Assembly (NCBI GenBank): GCA_002427105.1
Contig: DIPM01000005.1
Span: 5,572 to 69,571, forward strand
Length of the DNA stretch: 64,000 nt
Direction of reading: 5' to 3'
Source of the DNA: Marinilabiliaceae bacterium UBA5488
GTDB taxonomy: Bacteria; Bacteroidota; Bacteroidia; Bacteroidales; Marinilabiliaceae
Below, in pieces: positions 37,013-45,956 of this stretch. Within the stretch, counting starts at the first letter, position 1, and each line of letters opens with the position of its first letter. The notes beneath the pieces are model-generated. The model was given only the letters and a program-made list of their open reading frames with translations. It made no database searches and was not told where the DNA came from. The translations under genes and the position numbers were made by a program.

Positions 37013-38500
37013 CTAAAACTGGTATCTGAATGCTATACTCAAATTTTCACGGGCTTGAAGTTTGCTCGATTCGCTCTGGTAATACCTGAAATTGGTGGAT
37101 ATACGTGTTGTAAGAAACACATTAATCTTCATATCAAGAATTAAATCCCACTCAGCCTGCACCTTATCTTCTTTTTTGAAGTAGTCATAAAACACGTTCA
37201 TGGCTGAAGTGAGCTTGATATCTTTAAGCACATTCCAGGTGAAATTATTCTGCAGGGAGCCCCCGGTAAGGAAGAGCGACTTCTTATCTTCATCAATACT
37301 ATAGCGTGTCTGGTCGATTTTTGCAGTATCCATAACTACTGTCAACCTGCTGGTGATGGGAGCAAGAAGCAGCGTGAAGTCCTTAACTTTAAAATCCATA
37401 CCGGCAGCTAATGACATTGATGCTGGAGCCATAAACGCTGAAATGGGTCTTTCCTTTTCGCTGTCGCTACTGGCGTATCCATCAAAAAACTGCGTCCTGA
37501 AACTGTAAAGCAAACTGTAATACCACTTTTTGCTGGCATTTATACCATACTTGCTTGATATTTCAATTAAGTCATCGTTAATCCTCGATCTGCTGCCTTC
37601 ACTATCTATAAATCCAATTTTGTGTATCAGATTATTATCCCACTGGGACCTGTCATCCTTATATACTGCCGAAAAGCGCAAGTCGCTCAATAGGGCTATA
37701 GACTGCTGACCCCCTCTTACCCAGTTTTTCAAGTAAGCCTGCGACAATTGTACATGCTCAGTGCCCGAAAATTTCCAGAGGCGCTTTGGAACCTCAACCT
37801 TTTCAAGTTTACCGTGGCGCTTAACCTTAGAAGGCTGAAACAGCTGTTCAAGATACCTGGCATTGTCATCTCGTTCAAGCCTGCTTGCCTGTCCAAACAC
37901 TTTTGGAGGATCGGGCATCTCGTGCCAATCATATTGCACTAATTCAGGTGATGACATATAAAATCCGTTGCGGAACTTATCACGCGAATATCCGTCTTCC
38001 ACAATTTCAGCTCCCAGCTTATCGGCTCCACCCGGATGAGTCATAAAATTGCGGTATTCATTGAGATTTGTAACCCGGCTCTTTCCCAGTACTTCACTAA
38101 GATCGGGCAAAGGCCGGTGTTTGTATATTACAGGCAGGGCATGTGCATGATAAGTTCCGGCTCTGCTAAAAGTATAATGCAGCCTGCTTTCGGTAAGCTC
38201 AGAGCTTCGCTTTATCAGGTCTGCCTTTAGGGATGCTGAAACCATAGTCCCAAACCCACCATTCTGATACATAAAACTACTGGGGTAAAAAGCCATCTTT
38301 GACCCTCGCAACTGAAGGGGTTCAGAATGCAACTCAGATGCAGCAGCACAACGGGCATATACATCCTCAATGCCCATCATTTCAAACCACCACTCCGGGA
38401 GTTTATAATCAGGGAAATATTGCTTAATCGTATTCTCTCCCTCTGTTGTTTGCAGTGCAAACAATAACAACGCCACACTAACGATCTTTCTTAATTCCAT
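37013..38500 (-). CDS. Putative outer-membrane beta-barrel protein (DUF3078-like)
   Basis: About 495 aa from the ATG at 38500 (MELRKIVSVALLLFALQT signal peptide). The C-terminus ...SIAFRYQF ends in an aromatic residue, which is typical of OMPs. The family call is tentative. Confidence 0.6.
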   Translation of the reverse strand: MELRKIVSVALLLFALQTTEGENTIKQYFPDYKLPEWWFEMMGIEDVYARCAAASELHSEPLQLRGSKMAFYPSSFMYQNGGFGTMVSASLKADLIKRSSELTESRLHYTFSRAGTYHAHALPVIYKHRPLPDLSEVLGKSRVTNLNEYRNFMTHPGGADKLGAEIVEDGYSRDKFRNGFYMSSPELVQYDWHEMPDPPKVFGQASRLERDDNARYLEQLFQPSKVKRHGKLEKVEVPKRLWKFSGTEHVQLSQAYLKNWVRGGQQSIALLSDLRFSAVYKDDRSQWDNNLIHKIGFIDSEGSRSRINDDLIEISSKYGINASKKWYYSLLYSFRTQFFDGYASSDSEKERPISAFMAPASMSLAAGMDFKVKDFTLLLAPITSRLTVVMDTAKIDQTRYSIDEDKKSLFLTGGSLQNNFTWNVLKDIKLTSAMNVFYDYFKKEDKVQAEWDLILDMKINVFLTTRISTNFRYYQSESSKLQARENLSIAFRYQF

Positions 38501-38642
38501 TGACAAAAACACTTTTTAATGCTTGTAAAAATAGCTAATTTATTAATATTTCAAAGCCCATCGACCCTGCATAGCAAACGAGGAAACAGGGATTATTGTT
38601 GCTTTGCAAAAAAAATGCCGCAAGCCCTTAGTATTAAAGTTA

Positions 38643-38650
38643 TATATTTG
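38643..38650 (+). promoter_or_regulatory. -7 promoter box TATATTTG
   Basis: Exact TAnnTTTG match 58 nt upstream of the MATE gene start. Confidence 0.5.
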
Positions 38651-38707
38651 TAATTGTTTTGACAAAGATGCGATAAGCTTTCCCAACGAATAGAAGCAAA
38701 GTGACAG

Positions 38708-40057
38708 ATGAGGGATTTTACATCAGGGAATGAGGCCGGACTGATTTTTAAATTTGCATTGCCCTTGGTGATTGGAAATTTACTTCAACAGTTTTACCAA
38801 ATAACCGATAGTATAATAGTAGGAAAATATCTGGGAACAGCGGCGCTTGCCGCTGTTGGTGCCTCGTTTCCTATTTTCTATACCCTTATCGCTTTTATAA
38901 TAGGAATAGGGAGCGGTGCTACTATCGTAATAAGCCAGTATTACGGTGCTAAAGACTATGAGAAAGTAAGGCAAGCCATCGGAACCATTTATATATTCAT
39001 GTTCGGCTCGGGCATAGTGCTGACTATACTGGGCATAAGCTTTAGCAAGCAGATATTCGCGTTTATCAAAATAGGCGAAGATGTCATGCCGCTGGCCATA
39101 AGTTATTTTACAGTATATATGGTAGGTATGCTAGGCTTTTTCGGGTTCAACGGAACAGCCTCCGTCCTTCGGGGACTGGGCGACAGCCGCACTCCCCTCT
39201 TCTTTCTTGCCGGAGCTACGGCAGCAAATATTTTACTCGATTTGCTGTTTATAATAGTCTTCAAATGGGGCGTTGCCGGGGCAGCCTGGGCAACGGTGAT
39301 AGCGCAGGGGGGCGCATTTATAGCCACAGCTATTTATCTTAATTACCGTGAGCATCTGATACATTTCAGCATCAAGTCATTCACCTTTCACGCCGAGACT
39401 TTCCGTCAGAGCGTTAGGATAGGCTTACCAACGGGGTTTCAGCAAACCTTTGTAGCTTTGGGGATGATGGCGCTGATAAGGATTATAAATAATTTCGAGA
39501 CTGTAACCCTGGCTGCCTATGTAGCAGCCAACCGTATCGATGCCATCGCGACAATGCCTGCCATGAATCTGGGCTCGGCCTTATCTGCTTTTGTAGGACA
39601 AAACCTGGGAGCCAACAGGCTGGACAGAATTCGGCGGGGAGTATGGGCTACTCAGAAGATGGCGACAGTTGTGAGTCTTGCTGTTATGGTGGTCGTAATC
39701 TGTTGGGGCGATGACATGATGAAACTCTTCAGCGATGTTCCTGAAGTAATTAAACAAGGTCACGAATACCTAATAATTGTAAGCTCCTTTTATATACTTT
39801 TCTCATCGATGTTTGTGATGCACGGCATGCTTAGGGGCGCCGGCGCAACTTTAATCCCCATGTTTATCACTTTGATTTCCCTATGGATAGTAAGAATACC
39901 AATAGCATGGTTTTTGTCCGCACGAATTGGCGAGAAAGGTATTTGGTGGAGCATTCCTTGCGGATGGCTTATCGGCATGATTGGAACGTGGCTCTATTAC
40001 AAAAGTGGAGGTTGGAAAAAGAAAGGCGTTGTAAAGCACCCGGTCATGGAGTCATAA
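38708..40057 (+). CDS. MATE-family efflux transporter
   Basis: 449 aa, 12 TM. N-terminus: LIFKFALPLVIGNLLQQFYQITDSIIVGKYLG. Confidence 0.9.
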   Translation: MRDFTSGNEAGLIFKFALPLVIGNLLQQFYQITDSIIVGKYLGTAALAAVGASFPIFYTLIAFIIGIGSGATIVISQYYGAKDYEKVRQAIGTIYIFMFGSGIVLTILGISFSKQIFAFIKIGEDVMPLAISYFTVYMVGMLGFFGFNGTASVLRGLGDSRTPLFFLAGATAANILLDLLFIIVFKWGVAGAAWATVIAQGGAFIATAIYLNYREHLIHFSIKSFTFHAETFRQSVRIGLPTGFQQTFVALGMMALIRIINNFETVTLAAYVAANRIDAIATMPAMNLGSALSAFVGQNLGANRLDRIRRGVWATQKMATVVSLAVMVVVICWGDDMMKLFSDVPEVIKQGHEYLIIVSSFYILFSSMFVMHGMLRGAGATLIPMFITLISLWIVRIPIAWFLSARIGEKGIWWSIPCGWLIGMIGTWLYYKSGGWKKKGVVKHPVMES

Positions 40058-40067
40058 TAAACATGGA

Positions 40068-40961
40068 CTATTCGGAGTATTTAAAGAGTCTCACGTAGTC
40101 CTTGAAGGCCTTTACCGATTCCACAAAGCTAAACTTTTCAGGAAGCTCTGCCTTGAGGTCTTTGACTCTCAGACCCGAGACCAGGAAAGGAGAATCCGGA
40201 AAAATACTATGATATTCTTCCATTACCTTCTCCATCTCATCCTTAGATAAAATTGAAACAAATGACATCATAAAGATATCGGCAGGCCTCACCCTGTGAA
40301 CAGAGCGCAAATCATCGGCAGTGACCGATGCCCCAAGGTAAATCACTTCCAGCCCTTCCTTACGTGATATCAGATTATAAAAAAGAAGTTCGATCTCGTG
40401 TTTTTCATGCTTTGGCAAGAAAAAGACAATACGCGGACCCTTCCGGGTATTATTCTGCATCTCATTGTCAATTGCCACACAAAGCTTTTGGCGAATCAGG
40501 CTGGTCATAAAACACTCCTGAGCCGGAGCGATGGTACCCGCCTGCCACAGGATGGAAATCCTCTCCAGGAAAGGAAACAAAACAGTCTCGACAGTACATT
40601 CAAAACCATGTTTTATAATGGCCGCTGTAAGGGCATTAGCAAACTTGTTTTCATCGAGTTCCAGTAGAGAAATCATCATATTCTCAATTTGCACATTGCT
40701 AACACGGTTGTCGATAGCTATATCGAGCACTCTGTTTTTGATTTCTTCCTCAGTCATTCCGGCAATATGCGACACCTTAATCCCATGATGGTTAAGAATA
40801 GAAATATTCAAAAGGCGCTTGAGATCGCAATCTGAGTAAAATCGAATATTGGTATCGGTACGCTGAGGCTCAATCAATTGATACCTCCGCTCCCACATAC
40901 GTATAGTGTGCGCCTTAATTCCTGAAATTTTTTCTAAATCTTTAATCGAATACCTTCCCAT
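40068..40961 (-). CDS. MerR-family regulator with a CarH/LitR-like B12-binding-type C-terminal module
   Basis: N-terminal MerR HTH (YSIKDLEKISGIKAHTIRMWERRY). W-x9-E-C (WQAGTIAPAQEC) and E-x-H (EKHEIE) lie where CarH has Wx9EH and ExHxxG. Rossmann-like ...VIYLGASV... Confidence 0.65.
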   Translation of the reverse strand: MGRYSIKDLEKISGIKAHTIRMWERRYQLIEPQRTDTNIRFYSDCDLKRLLNISILNHHGIKVSHIAGMTEEEIKNRVLDIAIDNRVSNVQIENMMISLLELDENKFANALTAAIIKHGFECTVETVLFPFLERISILWQAGTIAPAQECFMTSLIRQKLCVAIDNEMQNNTRKGPRIVFFLPKHEKHEIELLFYNLISRKEGLEVIYLGASVTADDLRSVHRVRPADIFMMSFVSILSKDEMEKVMEEYHSIFPDSPFLVSGLRVKDLKAELPEKFSFVESVKAFKDYVRLFKYSE

Positions 40962-41075
40962 GGTTTACTACTTCCCTGTTATCGAACTATAAACGAAGCG
41001 CTAATTGGTTTTGTTCAAAAAGGGCATATTTCTCCTCAATAAAGATTAAATTAGCACTCTGATAAAAAGATGCTC

Positions 41076-41948
41076 ATGATAAAATCAATGACCGGCTACG
41101 GCAAGACCACCTGTGAACTCACAGACAAGAAAGTTCACGTAGAAATAAAATCCCTTAACAGCAAACAGTTAGACCTTAATATGCGCTTGCCCTCAATTTA
41201 TAAGGATAAGGAATTTGAGTTGCGAAATCTCTTATCCAACGAGCTGCAACGGGGCAAAGTTGACCTTATAATTACAGTTGAAACAGTGGTCTCGGAAAAG
41301 ATTCCCCAAATTAATGAGCAGGCTTTCGAACATTACTATTTACGTTTAAGTCAGCTTTCCGGAAAATTAGGCATAGAGGGGCAGACCGATTATATCCGAA
41401 CAATACTGTCGCTTCCCGAAACATTGAAGATAGAGCAGTCAGAGCCGGATGAGCAAGAGTGGTCGAGCGTTAAGAGCAGTGTTCTGGATGCCGTCGGGCT
41501 CTTTAATCAATTCCGCTGCCAGGAAGGCACAGCCATTTTTAATGATATTCAAGCACGTGTAAATAAGATCGCAGAGCTAAGCAGCCAGGTAGAGCAATAC
41601 GAAAAACCGCGGATTGAGCGCATTAAGAGTCGCATAAAGGAAGAATTGGACAATCTGAAGGATAAAAGCATTGACAACAATCGCTTTGAGCAGGAGTTGA
41701 TATATTATCTTGAAAAACTTGATATTACGGAAGAAAAGGTAAGGCTCAAAAATCATATCGAATACTTCGGCGCAAGCGCAACAGAAAATGAGCCGGTCGG
41801 CAAAAAATTAGCCTTTATCACCCAGGAAATTGGTCGTGAAATAAATACCATGGGCTCAAAAGCCAATGATGCGGATATTCAAAAGCTCGTTATCCAAATG
41901 AAAGATGAGCTGGAAAAAATCAAAGAACAACTGCTAAACATTATGTAA
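41076..41948 (+). CDS. yicC: YicC-family stress-induced protein
   Basis: MIKSMTGYGK N-terminus and a C-terminal EIGREINTMGSKAN motif. The track ORF starts 2 codons earlier. Confidence 0.88.
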   Translation: MIKSMTGYGKTTCELTDKKVHVEIKSLNSKQLDLNMRLPSIYKDKEFELRNLLSNELQRGKVDLIITVETVVSEKIPQINEQAFEHYYLRLSQLSGKLGIEGQTDYIRTILSLPETLKIEQSEPDEQEWSSVKSSVLDAVGLFNQFRCQEGTAIFNDIQARVNKIAELSSQVEQYEKPRIERIKSRIKEELDNLKDKSIDNNRFEQELIYYLEKLDITEEKVRLKNHIEYFGASATENEPVGKKLAFITQEIGREINTMGSKANDADIQKLVIQMKDELEKIKEQLLNIM

Positions 41949-41976
41949 GTGTGGTGACACTCATAAGTAATAAGTG

Positions 41977-42546
41977 ATGGAAAAGGGAAAACTAATAATA
42001 TTCTCAGCCCCCTCGGGCTCGGGAAAGACAACGATAGTGAAGCATTTGCTTTCAAAAGAATTAAACCTGGCTTTCAGCGTATCGGCCACCTCGCGCAAGC
42101 CCCGGGTAAACGAGGTGGATGGTATAGATTATTACTTTCTGGACAATGACACCTTTCAGAAGAAGATTGACAAGGGCGACTTTCTGGAGTGGGAAGAAGT
42201 ATATACGGGAGTGCGCTACGGCACCCTGAAGAACGAAGTCGAAAGGTTAATTAACGGGGGTCAAAACGTGGTTTTCGATGTTGACGTTGTAGGGGGTGTA
42301 AATATAAAAACACATTATGGCGACAAGGCTCTTGCCATATTTATCCAGGCTCCTTCTATAGCAGAGCTGCGTAAAAGGCTGAAAGCACGAAACACAGACT
42401 CGGCCGATACAATAGAAAAACGTTTAGCCAAGGCTGAACAAGAATTAGAGTATGCCCCACTGTTTGACAGGATTGTAATCAACAACATCCTCGAAAATGC
42501 CTGCAATGAAACTGAAATGCTGGTAAGAGAATTTATTAATCAATAG
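41977..42546 (+). CDS. gmk: Guanylate kinase
   Basis: SAPSGSGKTT P-loop, SATSRKPR and EWEEVY. Confidence 0.93.
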   Translation: MEKGKLIIFSAPSGSGKTTIVKHLLSKELNLAFSVSATSRKPRVNEVDGIDYYFLDNDTFQKKIDKGDFLEWEEVYTGVRYGTLKNEVERLINGGQNVVFDVDVVGGVNIKTHYGDKALAIFIQAPSIAELRKRLKARNTDSADTIEKRLAKAEQELEYAPLFDRIVINNILENACNETEMLVREFINQ

Positions 42547-42554
42547 CATTCAAG

Positions 42555-43130
42555 ATGAAGCGAATTGGCTTGCTGTTCGGCTCCTTCAACCCCCCTCACA
42601 TAGGACATCTGGCTTTGGCTAACTACATCCTTGAATACGCAGAGAAGGATGAGATATGGTTTATTGTCAGCCCACACAATCCACTTAAAGAAGCAAGTGA
42701 GCTGGTTGATGAAGATATACGTCTGGACATGGTAAGTCGTTCCATCGTCCGTGAGCCGCGTTTTAAGGCCAGTGCTTATGAATTCTCCCTGCCGCGTCCT
42801 TCATATACCATAGATACCCTCGACTCACTTGCGGCTGATTTCCCCGACTGCGATTTCAGCTTGATTATTGGTTCAGACAACTATCTCTCACTCGACAAGT
42901 GGAAGGATAAAGACAGACTTGTAAGAGAGCACAAGCTGCTGGTATATCCCCGACCCGGCTTTCCCATTGCATGCGATGATATAAGCCAAAATGTCAAAGT
43001 TGTAAAAGCTCCCCACTTTGAGATATCATCTACCATGATACGCGAAGCCATCAGGCAAAACAAAAGCGTCAGATTCTGGTTACCCTGTGGGATATACGAC
43101 TACATCCTCGAAAGAAATTTATATAAATGA
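42555..43130 (+). CDS. nadD: Nicotinate-nucleotide adenylyltransferase
   Basis: GSFNPPHIGH (HxGH) and an ISST-type C-terminal motif (EISSTMIR). Confidence 0.9.
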   Translation: MKRIGLLFGSFNPPHIGHLALANYILEYAEKDEIWFIVSPHNPLKEASELVDEDIRLDMVSRSIVREPRFKASAYEFSLPRPSYTIDTLDSLAADFPDCDFSLIIGSDNYLSLDKWKDKDRLVREHKLLVYPRPGFPIACDDISQNVKVVKAPHFEISSTMIREAIRQNKSVRFWLPCGIYDYILERNLYK

Positions 43131-43163
43131 GTCACAGTATCTTTATAATTTAAACTACTAAGC

Positions 43164-44231
43164 ATGAAGCGCAGGTATTTGCTAATTAGCAGTGCAATCA
43201 TATTGTTATTTATGGTAGCATTGATATGGAACTCCAGAAAAACCAATAACAGAGATGCAACAAATCAGGATCTGATAATTGCTTTCTACAACCTTGAAAA
43301 TCTGTTTGATACCATTGACAATCCCGGAGTAAACGACACAGAATTTACCCCCGATGATGAAAAGCAATGGACGCAGGATCGCTACAATACCAAAATTGCC
43401 AATATGGCCTATGTCCTTTCTCAAATCGGAAGGAAACATGGAAACAGCTCACCTTCCATTATTGGTCTTTGCGAAATGGAGAACATGGCTGTGCTCGAAG
43501 ATTTGGTTAACTCAGAGCCCTTAAAAGAATTCAATTACGAGATAGTTCATTACGATTCGCCCGATGCAAGAGGTATAGATGTAGCGCTTTTATATAAAAG
43601 CTCAGATTTTAAGGTGTCTAACAGCAACTCTGTCGGCTTGTTACTTATCGACGAAGGAGGCAACAGGATTGACACCCGCGACCAGTTGGTAGTGTCAGGC
43701 AAGCTGCGGGGCGAAGAAATGCACTTTATAGTAAATCACTGGCCGGCAAGGCGTTCAGGAGAAGCATCAAGTTCGCAGTTCCGCATAGCTGCGGCAAAGC
43801 TTACCCGCTCGCTGGTTGACTCCATTTTGAATATCGATGCAAATGCAAAGGTCGTTGTTATGGGTGATTTCAACGACGACCCGACAGACGAGAGCATTGT
43901 AAAACACCTGAATGCCAAGGGCACGAAAGCGTTGGAAAATAATGCGATGTATAACCCCGGCGCTTCGATTTTTGAAGAAGGTCGAGGTTCTTTGCCTTAT
44001 CGGGGCTCATGGAATCTCTTCGATCAGATTATCGTAAGCTCTTCGTTTTTGATGAAGGATAAGGAAGGATACTATCTTGACTCGGCCTACATCTTCAAGG
44101 AAGATTTCCTGCTTCAGCAAAGCGGCGACTACAAGGGATATACCTGGCGGACATACGTTGGAAATCATTACCATGGGGGCTATAGTGACCATCTCCCCGT
44201 TTATATTAGCCTAAAAAAAGATTGCAGGTAA
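43164..44231 (+). CDS. Endonuclease/exonuclease/phosphatase (EEP) family protein, membrane-anchored or secreted
   Basis: 355 aa with an N-terminal hydrophobic segment. YNLENLFD, GLCEMEN, GDFND and SDHLPV are EEP catalytic motifs. Confidence 0.85.
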   Translation: MKRRYLLISSAIILLFMVALIWNSRKTNNRDATNQDLIIAFYNLENLFDTIDNPGVNDTEFTPDDEKQWTQDRYNTKIANMAYVLSQIGRKHGNSSPSIIGLCEMENMAVLEDLVNSEPLKEFNYEIVHYDSPDARGIDVALLYKSSDFKVSNSNSVGLLLIDEGGNRIDTRDQLVVSGKLRGEEMHFIVNHWPARRSGEASSSQFRIAAAKLTRSLVDSILNIDANAKVVVMGDFNDDPTDESIVKHLNAKGTKALENNAMYNPGASIFEEGRGSLPYRGSWNLFDQIIVSSSFLMKDKEGYYLDSAYIFKEDFLLQQSGDYKGYTWRTYVGNHYHGGYSDHLPVYISLKKDCR

Positions 44232-44310
44232 AACATATTTGATAATTGCGTAGTAAAATTCTATTGCTTATATTTAAAGAGGTATTAACGGATAAAACTG
44301 ATTGTTAACG

Positions 44311-45504
44311 ATGGGTAAAGTATTAGTAATTGGCGCCGGAGGCGTCGGAACTGTTGTAGTTCACAAAATGGCAGGCCTGCCTGAAGTATTCACTGAGATA
44401 TTACTGGCCAGCCGCACTAAGAGCAAGTGCGATGCCATTGCTGCTCAAATTGGCGGCAACCGCGTTCAAACCGCGCAGATTGATGCCGATAATGTTCCGG
44501 AACTTGTCAGTTTGATTGAAAGCTTCAAACCCGACCTGGTGGTTAATGTGGCTCTTCCCTATCAGGATTTGAACATTATGGATGCTTGCCTTGAAACAGG
44601 CGTATCCTACCTGGACACAGCCAATTATGAACCAAGAGATGAAGCCAAATTTGAATACAAATGGCAATGGGCTTACCGGGACAAATTCAAAGAGGCCGGT
44701 ATTACAGCTATTTTAGGTTGCGGATTCGATCCGGGGGTAACAAGTGTATTTACCGCTTATGCTGCCAAACATCATTTTGATGAGATTCACTACCTCGACA
44801 TTGTTGATTGCAACGCCGGGGATCATGGCAAAGCCTTTGCTACCAACTTCAACCCCGAAATCAATATCCGCGAAGTAACGCAAAAAGGCAAATATTGGGA
44901 AAATGGCAAATGGATTTATACTGAGCCTCATGAAATCCATAAGCCTTTAAATTACCCTGAAATAGGACCCAAAGAGTCATATTTGATTTATCACGAGGAG
45001 TTGGAATCATTAGTAAAGAACTTTCCGACGCTCAAAAGAGCTCGATTTTGGATGACTTTCGGCCAGGAATACCTTACGCATCTGAGAGTAATTCAAAATA
45101 TCGGGATGGCAGGTATTGAGCCTATAATGTACAATGGAGTGGAAATAGTGCCCATTCAGTTTTTAAAAGCTGTTCTACCTGATCCGGGTGATTTGGGAGA
45201 GAACTATAAGGGCTGGACTTCAATCGGTTGTCGCATTAGAGGAATAAAAGACGGCAAGGAGAAAACCTACTATGTATATAACAATTGCAGCCATGAGGTA
45301 GCCTACAAAGAGACCGGCACTCAGGCAGTAAGCTATACAACGGGCGTTCCATGTATGATCGGCGCCATGATGTATCTCAAAGGTATATGGAAAAATCCCG
45401 GCGTTTTTAACGTGGAGGAATTCAATCCCGATCCTTTTATGGAGCAACTCAATCTTCACGGTTTGCCGTGGGTAGAGCTGCATGACGTGGATTTGGAACT
45501 TTAA
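44311..45504 (+). CDS. Carboxynorspermidine dehydrogenase / saccharopine dehydrogenase family
   Basis: MGKVLVIGAGGVGTVVVHK Rossmann fold, followed by LASRTKSKCD. About 397 aa from the ATG at 44311. Confidence 0.85.
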   Translation: MGKVLVIGAGGVGTVVVHKMAGLPEVFTEILLASRTKSKCDAIAAQIGGNRVQTAQIDADNVPELVSLIESFKPDLVVNVALPYQDLNIMDACLETGVSYLDTANYEPRDEAKFEYKWQWAYRDKFKEAGITAILGCGFDPGVTSVFTAYAAKHHFDEIHYLDIVDCNAGDHGKAFATNFNPEINIREVTQKGKYWENGKWIYTEPHEIHKPLNYPEIGPKESYLIYHEELESLVKNFPTLKRARFWMTFGQEYLTHLRVIQNIGMAGIEPIMYNGVEIVPIQFLKAVLPDPGDLGENYKGWTSIGCRIRGIKDGKEKTYYVYNNCSHEVAYKETGTQAVSYTTGVPCMIGAMMYLKGIWKNPGVFNVEEFNPDPFMEQLNLHGLPWVELHDVDLEL

Positions 45505-45511
45505 AGCTCAC

Positions 45512-45551
45512 AAAAAGGCCGCCTCACAACAAAATATGAGGCGGCCTTTTT
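45512..45551. terminator. Bidirectional intrinsic terminator
   Basis: 10-bp GC-rich stem ggccgcctca/tgaggcggcc flanked by A5 and T5. Confidence 0.8.
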
Positions 45552-45585
45552 CACTATCATCATTACTATCAAAGTCTGATATCAG

Positions 45586-45879
45586 CTAATATGACTTAAC
45601 TATATCCCACACAAAAGCTCTTACTCCAATCTCTTTATTACGCAAGTCAAGCTTCTTCACTGTTTTCAACAGTTCATCAACTTTCTCGTCGTCAACCATA
45701 GTTATAACTGCCGAGTTCATCTCCGGCCAGGTGTGCGACCCTTTGCGTGGCTCGCCCGTTTGGCTGCCACGACCCTGAACCTCCTCAAAAAAGGTATATC
45801 CCCTAATATTGAGCTGATCCATTATATATTCAACACGCTCTGTGTTGGCCTGATTAAATACAATAAAAACTGCCTTCAT
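45586..45879 (-). CDS. Small P-II-like (ferredoxin-fold) transporter-associated protein
   Basis: 97 aa. MKAVFIVFNQ...GYTFFEEVQGRG...VITMVDDEKVDELL follows the beta-alpha-beta pattern of the P-II family. Last gene of the RND operon. Confidence 0.6.
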   Translation of the reverse strand: MKAVFIVFNQANTERVEYIMDQLNIRGYTFFEEVQGRGSQTGEPRKGSHTWPEMNSAVITMVDDEKVDELLKTVKKLDLRNKEIGVRAFVWDIVKSY

Positions 45880-45956
45880 ATTATCTTAAATTATAGCTTT
45901 CTGCTTCGTTTCAGCAGCTTTTGTCAAGCCGCTGAAACAAGCATTAACTAATCTGT

